From IMG/VR virus record IMGVR_UViG_3300007513_000001, positions 62,001 through 126,000 of that record: a stretch of 64,000 bases of DNA; one strand, given 5' to 3'. How positions within the stretch are numbered: position 1 is the stretch's first letter; every line of letters begins with the position of its first letter. The notes beneath the pieces were generated by a model. That model saw only the letters and a list, made by a program, of their open reading frames with translations. It made no database searches and was not told the DNA's origin. The translations under genes were made by a program, and so were the position numbers. Shown here in pieces: positions 9,898-18,400 of the stretch.

Positions 9898-10129
9898 TAA
9901 AATTTATGGAAAAACTGAAGAAGAAGAAAAGCTTGAGAATGCTATTGAAGCACGCGAAATATCGCAGAAGATAATCCAACATGGGGTATCGCAATTTCAA
10001 ATAGCTAAAATTATATATTTGCTATCTTTAGAGCTAGAAGATAGAAATGTATTATCTGATGTGAGCGAGGCAATAAAGCCTTTACTATCAGAAGAAAATG
10101 ATAAAAATTCAAATATCATTATTTCTTAA
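9890..10129 (+). CDS. Hypothetical protein (start moved from 9842 to ATG 9890)
   Basis: AGGA RBS before ATG 9890; 8-nt overlap with the upstream gene. Confidence 0.6.
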   Translation: MSNKIYGKTEEEEKLENAIEAREISQKIIQHGVSQFQIAKIIYLLSLELEDRNVLSDVSEAIKPLLSEENDKNSNIIIS

Positions 10130-10140
10130 AGGAGAAAGTA

Positions 10141-10344
10141 ATGGCTAACAACGATATTCTTGAAAAGTGGCGAGAGCTTAAAGTAACAGTAGAAAGTTTA
10201 GAGCTTGATGTTCACAAGCACGCAAACGGAAATTCATCCGCTGGCGTAAGAGCTAGAAGAGGATTAAGACTTCTAAAAAGCACTACAGCTGAGCTTGTTA
10301 AATTATCTCTTACCCATGAAAAAGAAAAAAAGTCTAATAAGTAA
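10141..10344 (+). CDS. Histone H1-like Hc1-family small basic protein
   Basis: GNSSAGVRARRGLRLLK matches the Hc1 core pattern (GNKAAGxRARK...); GGAG RBS. Confidence 0.7.
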   Translation: MANNDILEKWRELKVTVESLELDVHKHANGNSSAGVRARRGLRLLKSTTAELVKLSLTHEKEKKSNK

Positions 10345-10353
10345 AAATATAGC

Positions 10354-10761
10354 GGGCCCGAAACGGCTTCGACGGGGTAGTAGAGAAAGAGAGTGCAGGT
10401 GGTCTCACGAAACAGGTGACCTTAAAATCGGTTTCAAAACTTTAATTGCCAATAACAATTATCACTTCGAAGCTGACCGCTTAGCGGCCTAATTCGCGGG
10501 GTTTCTTAAGACCTTGATACCCAACTTAAGATAACAGGTAGATCCCTGCGAAAACAAAAAATCACAATGGTTCCCTGGTACAAACTAGTACCACTTAGAG
10601 ATAAGTGAATACCTTTTGTAACAGGTGGATTTCCAAGGCTACATAGGAAAAGGGAACGTTTGTAGCTACCTTTCTAATTTGGGAATAAATTAGACAAACC
10701 TGTGAATGACTTGACTTTGAAGCTATTGCGGACGCGGGTTCGACTCCCGCCGGGTCCACCA
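10354..10761 (+). ncRNA. ssrA: tmRNA, 408 nt; tag ORF 10448-10492 encodes ANNNYHFEADRLAA*
   Basis: 5' GGGCCCG pairs with 3' CGGGTCC (10751-10757) including the G3-U alanine wobble; encoded ACCA end; T-arm GCGGG-TTCGACT-CCCGC (10734-10750); 5' TTCGACGGGG motif; internal ORF ending LAA-TAA. Confidence 0.96.
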
Positions 10762-10796
10762 TTTTATATGTTACGTAGACATGATATATTAAAAAT

Positions 10797-11513
10797 ATGC
10801 TTAACCTTCCAAGGAATCAAGTTCAGCTTATAAGTTTTCTTTTGTTTCATGCCGGCGCCTTAATTCTTATTATGGGAGGCTGGCACAATGAAATGGGGAG
10901 ATCTGTTGGTATAGCTCTTATGGCGGGATCTATATGGTTTGTCATGATGAGTGAATCTGTGTTCCTAACAAAGGTTCAAAACGAAATGCAACAAGCGCTT
11001 GACGGTTTTTCTCGAAAAAGAGAATGCGAAATTCAAGAACTTCTTTATTTTCTCAAACAATCTCAACTCTCGGCCGGGCCATTCGATAGTTGGGAGGGCG
11101 CAAAAGATTTATGCAATAAATTAAATCAACCCTCATTTGTAATGGGCCCAACATTTAACATTATAAAAGCAAACAAAGGGATGACAGATTTGCTGGGTTG
11201 GTCAGATGGTGGTTTAGATGGAATAGCAGGACATGTTATTAATGATAATTCTATAATGCCAATAGTTGGAGAAATCTGTACCCATCCACCGCATGACGAA
11301 AAAATAGAATTATCTTTAAGATATGTCTATTTGCACAAAAGCAAAAAAAGAGTTTTTGGACTCTTATCTTTAAGGAAAATAGTTGATGGCGGATTCTTTA
11401 TGATTTTTCAGCCTGATGAGCATTGCATAATAAAAGATGCAGATCTCAAGAAAATATTGAGTGAACATAATGGATCTGGAGAATACGAATCTGCTATATC
11501 AGAGAGCGAATAG
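10797..11513 (+). CDS. Membrane-anchored protein with a PAS-like domain and no output domain
   Basis: Two N-terminal TM segments, a helical linker, then PSFVMGPTFNIIKANKGMTDLLGWS, which resembles the PAS core. Confidence 0.55.
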   Translation: MLNLPRNQVQLISFLLFHAGALILIMGGWHNEMGRSVGIALMAGSIWFVMMSESVFLTKVQNEMQQALDGFSRKRECEIQELLYFLKQSQLSAGPFDSWEGAKDLCNKLNQPSFVMGPTFNIIKANKGMTDLLGWSDGGLDGIAGHVINDNSIMPIVGEICTHPPHDEKIELSLRYVYLHKSKKRVFGLLSLRKIVDGGFFMIFQPDEHCIIKDADLKKILSEHNGSGEYESAISESE

Positions 11514-11516
11514 ATT

Positions 11517-11771
11517 ATGGAAGATCCAGCAAAAGAAGATAGAATTCTAATATCAGCTATAGCTAGCTCTATATCTAAAATTGCTTTTTATATAAGCTTA
11601 TGCATCATTGCAGGAATGTTTTTCTCAAACTGTAAAGTAGATGCTGATGCTATCGAAACGTGTGAAAATGCTTGCGGAGTAGCTCAAGGAATAAAAGAAG
11701 TAACTGCATGGAGCTGTACATGTAATGACTTAAGTACTAACCCAGAATCAACGTGGGTTTTGCCCAATTAG
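11517..11771 (+). CDS. Small Cys-rich membrane or lipoprotein-like protein
   Basis: Hydrophobic stretch ending FFSNC, then CENACG...CTC. Confidence 0.55.
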   Translation: MEDPAKEDRILISAIASSISKIAFYISLCIIAGMFFSNCKVDADAIETCENACGVAQGIKEVTAWSCTCNDLSTNPESTWVLPN

Positions 11772-11833
11772 TCAATTGTTTTCTTTTGTTAATATTTACT
11801 ATTGTCCAAAGGTAATAAAATTAGGGGTAAAAT

Positions 11834-13006
11834 GTGGCTTCTAGAACTAATAACCTGTTTGGAAGAGATATAAATAAGAAAAAAAAGAAAAAAAAGGATA
11901 CAATTATGACAACCGATCCCAAAGATCCAAATATTGAAGATTCTAACGATGATTACATCAATACACCAGATGCTGGGGACGATTTCGATTTTGTCATGGC
12001 TTATGATGATGATCCCGCAGAAGCCGATGAGCGACTTCTTCAAGATAACTTAGCGCGCAGCGCTATTTCTTGCGGTTTTATTGGAGTCGGTGGAGGCGGT
12101 GGAAAGCTGGCTAAAGCTTTTTTAGATTTAGGGTTTAATAAAACTCTTTTAGTCAACACCACTAAAAAAGATCAGCCTGGTGGATTAGACGAGAATAATT
12201 TTGTTTTAGTTCCGGGCGCTGACGGCGTGGGGAAAGATATAGATCTTGGTAAAAAGGTTCTTCAAGAAAACAGTGCATTTGTAGAAGACGCAGTACGTAC
12301 GAGATTGGGGCAGTTAGACTGGTTGTTTGTTTGTGCGGGCGGTGGTGGTGGCACGGGGAGTGCTTCTTACGAACTGCATGATTCTTTAACTCGATATCTA
12401 TCTTCGATCGAAGCCTCAGGAAAAGTGGTTTATATTGTTTCGAAACCAACGGCGCAAGAAATGCTTAATCCAACAATTTCAAAAAACTATAAATCTCTAG
12501 CAAGTGATATATCTGATACTCCTCACATTATTATTGATAATGAAAAGCAGCTCCAGCTCTTAAGAGGTAAAGTTGGAATGATGAACATGTTCCCTGCTGC
12601 AAATAAAAACTTTGCTAAATTAATAGCTCAAGTTCTTAAATTAGCAGACGAGCACACCGAAATACAAACGTTTGATTCTAAAGATTTAGAAAAATGTTTA
12701 AGTGCTAATGGAAGAATAGTAGTGGGTAGCACTGTAGTGCGAGACGTTAATAGAAATGATTTAGGATCTTTGGTCTACCAAGGGTGCTTAAGATCTTCTC
12801 CATGTCCCACTCCATCTGGTAACGCAAAAACAGGAACTCTTCTTTTGGTTGTAGATAATAATATGGCTTCGGACCCGGACGTAAGTCGTAGACTTGAATC
12901 TGCTTTTTCTTACGTCGGTGGTAGAGCTTCTACTTTATTCTCCGGTGTATATGTAAAAGAAGGAATTCCTGGACTTATAGCTATCACACTTCTTGGCGGA
13001 TTATAA
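11834..13006 (+). CDS. Tubulin/FtsZ-family GTPase (TubZ/PhuZ/CetZ-like); likely start at ATG 11906
   Basis: GFIGVGGGGGK (T1 loop), AGGGGGTGS signature, NEKQ, FDSKDL (T7-like); acidic N-terminal extension; ends at the core with no C-terminal tail. Confidence 0.9.
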   Translation: MASRTNNLFGRDINKKKKKKKDTIMTTDPKDPNIEDSNDDYINTPDAGDDFDFVMAYDDDPAEADERLLQDNLARSAISCGFIGVGGGGGKLAKAFLDLGFNKTLLVNTTKKDQPGGLDENNFVLVPGADGVGKDIDLGKKVLQENSAFVEDAVRTRLGQLDWLFVCAGGGGGTGSASYELHDSLTRYLSSIEASGKVVYIVSKPTAQEMLNPTISKNYKSLASDISDTPHIIIDNEKQLQLLRGKVGMMNMFPAANKNFAKLIAQVLKLADEHTEIQTFDSKDLEKCLSANGRIVVGSTVVRDVNRNDLGSLVYQGCLRSSPCPTPSGNAKTGTLLLVVDNNMASDPDVSRRLESAFSYVGGRASTLFSGVYVKEGIPGLIAITLLGGL

Positions 13007-13196
13007 AATGAAAATAAAGTTTATAGAAGCCTTAAAAGCTAGAATCAGTACTAACATCGTAGAAGTTGAGCTAGAAGAAGACGAAGAAATAACTGATGAA
13101 ATTATTAAATCTCTGTACGAACTAAAGACAGCTTACGATTTGCCAACAGAAGAAGTAGAATTTGCTGTTAAATCTAGAGCTTTAAGAAATTCTTAA
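12993..13196 (+). CDS. Hypothetical acidic protein
   Basis: Overlaps the tubulin stop and fills the gap before the convergent gene. Confidence 0.55.
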   Translation: MADYKMKIKFIEALKARISTNIVEVELEEDEEITDEIIKSLYELKTAYDLPTEEVEFAVKSRALRNS

Positions 13197-13444
13197 ATTT
13201 GATTAAGCGTAGCTATAGTTTTCAATTTTTGGAAAATAGATTTTTCAATTTGACATATTCTCATTCTTGTTACATTAAAAATATCTCCAATTTCTTGAAG
13301 GGTGTGCGGGCCTTTTTTAGAAGCTATAATAGTGCAATTATAGTTCTTACTAGACGATATCCAATATTTACAAGACACTTTTTCGCAAGTAAAGCATTGC
13401 TTTTCGTATTCTTCAAAGCATATTTTATTTTTTTTCTCTTCCAT
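13193..13444 (-). CDS. Small protein: Cys-rich N-terminus plus sigma-70 region 4 HTH
   Basis: HTLQEIGDIFNVTRMRICQIEKSIFQKL closely follows the sigma region 4.2 pattern (TLEEIG..F.VTRERIRQIE.KAL.KL); five Cys upstream; AAGGA RBS on the minus strand. Confidence 0.85.
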   Translation of the reverse strand: MEEKKNKICFEEYEKQCFTCEKVSCKYWISSSKNYNCTIIASKKGPHTLQEIGDIFNVTRMRICQIEKSIFQKLKTIATLNQI

Positions 13445-13477
13445 GAACTAATCCTTAAGATCATATTTATGTTAACA

Positions 13478-13506
13478 AACATAATATTCGGTTTGAAATA
13501 TGTACA
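13478..13506 (-). promoter_or_regulatory. Sigma70-like promoter candidate for the minus-strand sigma-region-4 gene
   Basis: Minus strand reads TGTACA-N17-TATGTT, ~33 nt before the ATG. Confidence 0.4.
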
Positions 13507-13518
13507 GAGGAATATTGC

Positions 13519-14808
13519 ATGAACAATAGAAAAATGTTAGTAGTAGACACAAGCGTTCTACTTTATGATATGAAGTCTATTCATTCTTTTCCTGGTAATG
13601 ATGTTGTTATACCATTGATTGTGCTGGATGAATTAGATAGATTTAAAGAAAAGCCCGGGCTCTTGGGCGAATCTGCTAGATACATTAATCGATTCTTAGA
13701 TAACCTCAGAGAACACGGAAAGTTAGATCAAGGTATTACCATACCAGAGTTCGACCAGACCATCAGAGTAGCTCTGAAGACCCCCAGTTATGACATTCTG
13801 AACGATTGGGATCAAGACAAGGGAGATAACAGGATAATTTCTGTTGCTCTTGGTCTTAAGAACGAAAATCCAGATTTTCCAGTAAAGGTTATAACCAAAG
13901 ATATTAACCTTAGAGTAAAATGCGATGCGCTAGGAATACAGGCGGAAGATTATTTCGCAGATCATATCGATATTGAATCTGAGGGAGAGTATACTGGATG
14001 GAGAGAGATAGCTCTTATGCCAGAACAAATAGATAGATTTTATTCTTCTAATTTTGAAGCTCCCAAAGATTTAGCTTTAATAGAAAATGAATTTGTTGTT
14101 GCAAAATCTGGAAGTAGTTCTTTTATAGCCCAGCATAGAAATGGAAAGTTTAATAAATTAAATTGCAAAATTGAATCTATTTCTAAAATAGAACCAAAAA
14201 ATAAAGAGCAAAAATTTGCTATAGAGTCTTTATTACACGATGATATTCCACTAGTTACTTTAACTGGCTTAGCGGGTTCTGGAAAAACGTTTTTAACTTT
14301 AATGGCAGCACTAGAAGCTAAGAATCATGGGACTTACTCTAGAATTGTATTTACAAGGTCTATTCAAAGTGTCGGTAAAGATATGGGTTATTTGCCAGGA
14401 GACATTAAAGAAAAAATGGCTCCTTGGTTAGCTCCAATAGTAGATAACTTTAGACATGTATTTAAAGATGTGACTTATTTTGACATGATGATAGAAAGAG
14501 GCGAAATAGAAATAGCTCCGCTTTCTTACATTCGCGGAAGAACTTTTAACGATTGTTTCGTGATTGTCGATGAAGCTCAAAATGCTACTATTCATGAATT
14601 AAAAACTATCATAACTAGAATTGGCACAAATTCTAAAGTCGTTCTTCTTGGAGATACAGATCAAATAGACACTCCTTATATTGGAAAGAATTCTAACGGC
14701 TTAAGCATTGTAATCAGTAAATTTAAGAATAGCCCGCTACACTCGCATGTTCATTTAGCTAGAGGACAGAGGTCAGAACTTGCATCTGCAGCATCAAAAA
14801 TTCTGTGA
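13519..14808 (+). CDS. phoH: PIN-PhoH fusion (PhoH2/YlaK-like)
   Basis: PIN motifs VVDTSVLL, DNRII, TKDINLRVK; PhoH motifs GLAGSGKT, YIRGRTF, IVDEAQN, GDTDQID. Confidence 0.92.
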   Translation: MNNRKMLVVDTSVLLYDMKSIHSFPGNDVVIPLIVLDELDRFKEKPGLLGESARYINRFLDNLREHGKLDQGITIPEFDQTIRVALKTPSYDILNDWDQDKGDNRIISVALGLKNENPDFPVKVITKDINLRVKCDALGIQAEDYFADHIDIESEGEYTGWREIALMPEQIDRFYSSNFEAPKDLALIENEFVVAKSGSSSFIAQHRNGKFNKLNCKIESISKIEPKNKEQKFAIESLLHDDIPLVTLTGLAGSGKTFLTLMAALEAKNHGTYSRIVFTRSIQSVGKDMGYLPGDIKEKMAPWLAPIVDNFRHVFKDVTYFDMMIERGEIEIAPLSYIRGRTFNDCFVIVDEAQNATIHELKTIITRIGTNSKVVLLGDTDQIDTPYIGKNSNGLSIVISKFKNSPLHSHVHLARGQRSELASAASKIL

Positions 14809-14837
14809 GTGAGATAGTTATAACTAGGGAAAATTAA

Positions 14838-15155
14838 ATGGCCAAAATAATAAATAAAAATCAATATCGAAAAATTTATCCCAGAATAAGAAAACGCCCG
14901 GTCTATGCTTCGTTGGGAAGTGGCGACTGTAGTGTAGAAACAGCTATCTTAACTTTTTCAGGAGATAGCGAAGTATCTTATACTTTTAGTGGCGTTTATA
15001 ATGAAGGCTATCCCGTAGTGACAGTGGTAGCAGCAGGAACAGATAACAATGTAAATTTGTTTATATCTTCAATTTCTAAAACCTCAGTTACTATAAGCTC
15101 TAGCGCAGCATTTACTGGTACAGCTCACTTAGTTGCTGTAAAGAGGTCCACTTGA
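14838..15155 (+). CDS. Small beta-rich putative virion protein (paralog 1)
   Basis: PVVTV...NVNLFISSISKTSVTISSS..FTGTAH, similar to the next ORF. Confidence 0.55.
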   Translation: MAKIINKNQYRKIYPRIRKRPVYASLGSGDCSVETAILTFSGDSEVSYTFSGVYNEGYPVVTVVAAGTDNNVNLFISSISKTSVTISSSAAFTGTAHLVAVKRST

Positions 15156-15373
15156 TTGTTATTGAAGGTATTTTAGCAGATTTCAATGGAGAGTCTAGTA
15201 GAACTGTTTTCTTTTCACTAACGCACAAGACCACTCCAGTTATAACAGTTACTCCCGAAGGAGCAATTGCTGATGTTAATTTATATGTAGAGTCAGTTGA
15301 TAGCACCAAAGTAGTCTTAAAGTCTAGCGAAGACTTTTCTGGAAAAGTTCATATACAAGTTTGGTCTAAATAA
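15152..15373 (+). CDS. Small beta-rich putative virion protein (paralog 2), TTG start
   Basis: PVITV...DVNLYVESVDSTKVVLKSS..FSGKVH; TTGA start/stop overlap; AAGAGG RBS. Confidence 0.55.
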   Translation: MIVIEGILADFNGESSRTVFFSLTHKTTPVITVTPEGAIADVNLYVESVDSTKVVLKSSEDFSGKVHIQVWSK

Positions 15374-15423
15374 TTTTTTAATAGCTGTATCATATTTACT
15401 AACAGTTTAAGAAAGGTAATACA

Positions 15424-18400
15424 ATGGCATCAGATTTTAGAGCAGAAAGAGTAAGATTAAATAAAATTATTACTTCAGGAAGTGCACCCAACAGCAGACC
15501 AATGTTTGCGCTTTATCATTCTAGCGCTGCTACTAATTTTACTGGTGGAACAAATGTCGATCTATGGACCGGTGTCGGGAAAGATGTGTACGCATTCTTT
15601 TCTGGATCTAAAGATCACAAGAATGTTATAACTGGACGAGGAGTCACTCTTTTTGGAGGTGATGTTGTAGTCTCAGGTACCTTATATGCTGATAAGCAAG
15701 TTATCGAAATAGAAGAATCAGTTACGGGAAGCCTTACAGTTTCTGGATCTCTCATAGTTTCTCAAAGCATCACAGCTGGACAAAACTTACATGTAAATTC
15801 GGTCGGTGGAGCATTTGGATTCGCAAACTTTGGATCTACGGCAGGGACTGGTGGTTATGGTTTCCGAGATTCTGGTGGCACCATGCAATTTAAAAACAGC
15901 GGTGGTGCTTGGGCTGCGTTTGGAGCGTCTGGTGGCGGCAGCGCAAGTGATGTTGGCTGGATAGGACCACAGGCTGGCAAAATCATTACCACCGGATCTG
16001 TTGGAATATCTGGTTCTTTGGTTGTATCTGGAACAACGTTAGATATTCATGAATCTATCCGAGAGATTGGATTCGAGACTACGAATTATCATAAATTTAA
16101 TAATGACGGGCAGTCATTCTACGCCAAGGGCGGTAAGAGGATGCTTGACTTAACGTCAATAACTAGCCAAGATCAAGTCACCGTGAATATAGCTGGTCTG
16201 GATGTAGATTTTAGAGTAGAATCATTCAACAAGTCGAAAGCCCTTTATGTAGATGCGAGTGAAGATAGAGTATCAATTTTATCTGGTTCTTTAAATACTG
16301 ATGCGAATGGTGATGATGTTGCATTCTTCGTTTCAGGGTCTATAGGAGGCCAAGCCGCGGCCGACAGGGGAGTTTCACTCTTTGGTGGCGATTTAGTAAC
16401 GTCGGGTGTTCTACATGTTCAAGGTACAACAGATCTACCAGGGACCACTATTTCGGCAGGAATAGTTTTAGATTCTGCACCGGAAAGTGCTATTGTTTGG
16501 GATTCATCTCCAGCGCCAATCCCAGATGCTTACATTTACGAAAATGGTGGTAGCCTTTTTATAAGCGCTTCAAATCAAATTGAAATTGAAGCGCAAACAG
16601 CAGCCAAGATTCGAGGATATGGTCTTGAATATGCTGCTTTTGCTTCTTTTACCGGACAAAAAGCAGCTGCTTTCAACCGCTCCAACGAAGATATCGATTT
16701 TAGAGTCGGGAACACTTCATTGGATGCCACACTTTGGGTAAATGCCGCAGAAAAAACTGTAAACATCGATAGAGGCTTATCTGATTCTATACCCGGGCCC
16801 GATATCAACTTCTACGTCTCTGGAAGTATTGGCGGCAAAGATCAAGCCGCAAGAGGGGTATCATTATTTGGTGGAGATTTAGTCGTCAGTGGTGGTATGC
16901 ATGTTGACACTACTACATTCGTGGTTGATCAGAGTAACAACAGAGTTGGCGTTGGAACTAATTTACCAAACGCTAAAATGAATATCACTAGTGACGTTAG
17001 TGGCGAAACTATCCTATCAGTTGAACAGCATAATAATAACAGCGATGCACCCAATCTAGAATTTGTTAAAAGCAGAGGAACGTATGCTGCACCGGGTAAA
17101 GTTGGCTCTGGAGACTTTTTGGGTCATGTTCAATTTAAAGGGTATGACGGTAGCTCTGAAGAACAATTCGCGGCATTTTATGCTGAAACTTTTGGAACGA
17201 TTAATGCCGGTTCACACCCAGCTAAAATCGTGCTCAAGACGTGCCCAGCCGGCTCTACAACTTTGGGCAATTCTGCTATTTTCAATGGTGGACTCGGCGG
17301 AACAATATCTGGGTCTATTCATGAAACGGTTGATGGTGTATCATATCTTGTTGCAGGAACTAACGTAACAATAACCTCAGCTTCTAATGGTCAAGTTACG
17401 ATTAACTCCACAGCAGTAGGAACCGTTGATGGATCAGGTGTCGCTGGTAGGGTTGCTTTCTGGCAAGATTCAGATACCCTGACATCAGATGCTGACTTAA
17501 CATTCGACGGAACCGACTTGGGTGTCGGCAACAAAATAGTCCATGTGGGTGATGCAGATACCTATATCAACTTTACAGATGATGACATAAATATCTCGGT
17601 CGGTGGTGTCAACATGGTTGACTTTACTGAGAATGCTGTATCGCAAGACGAAATAACTTTTAATGAAGCTGGTGCTGATCTTGACTTTAGAGTTGAGTCC
17701 GATGATAATGATCACATGTTCTTTATCAATGCAGACGATAATAGAATCAGCATCGGTACTCAAGGAAACAACCCGCAGTCAGTTGTTCATATTAAAGATA
17801 CCTCTCCTGAAGTACGAATACAGAGAGCACTCAATGCACAAGATTCAGTAATAAGTTTTGCAGGTAGTGGTGGTGTTCGCGGAAGCATGACAGGTTTAGC
17901 GGGTGGAACAAATGATATAGTCTTTAAGACCTTTAATGGTGCCGCTCTAGAAGAAACAGCACGGTTTGGTGGTGATTACTCGGGCGAAGTAAGAAGAGTT
18001 ATATTCTTGTCCGGATCATCGATGCATGCAGGGGCAATGCAGCCAACAGAGACATCGGATATCAATTTCTTCGTATCTGGTTCAGAGGGCTCGATGGGTG
18101 GTGGGTCACGAGGAACAGCAACATTCGGTGGCGATTTAGTTGTTAGTGGCGGAATGGCGGTTGATGAGGACACATTCTTTGTTGATCAAGCAAACAATAG
18201 AATTGGTGTTGGAACTAGATCTCCCAACGCAAAAATAAATGTTACTAGTAATGTATCTGGTGAAACTTTAGTTTCAATTGAACAGCATAATAGTGACAAT
18301 GGCGATGCTCCAAACCTAGAATTTGTTAAAAGTAGAGGTACCTATGATGCACCTTCTGTTATTACTTCTGGAGATTTTCTTGGAGACGTTCAGTTTAAAG

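Noticed and set aside
10295-10492. 65-aa ORF in the track
   Set aside because: It overlaps the Hc1-like gene and the tmRNA 5' end; only its last 14 codons (the tmRNA tag) are meaningful.
10734-10797. tmRNA 3' end as a prophage attachment site
   Set aside because: No integrase is present, I found no duplicated 3' fragment, and gene style is the same on both sides.
11834-13006. Canonical cell-division FtsZ, or evidence of a phage nucleus
   Set aside because: There is no dcw cluster, the FtsZ linker and C-terminal peptide are absent, and no chimallin-like gene is recognisable in the window.
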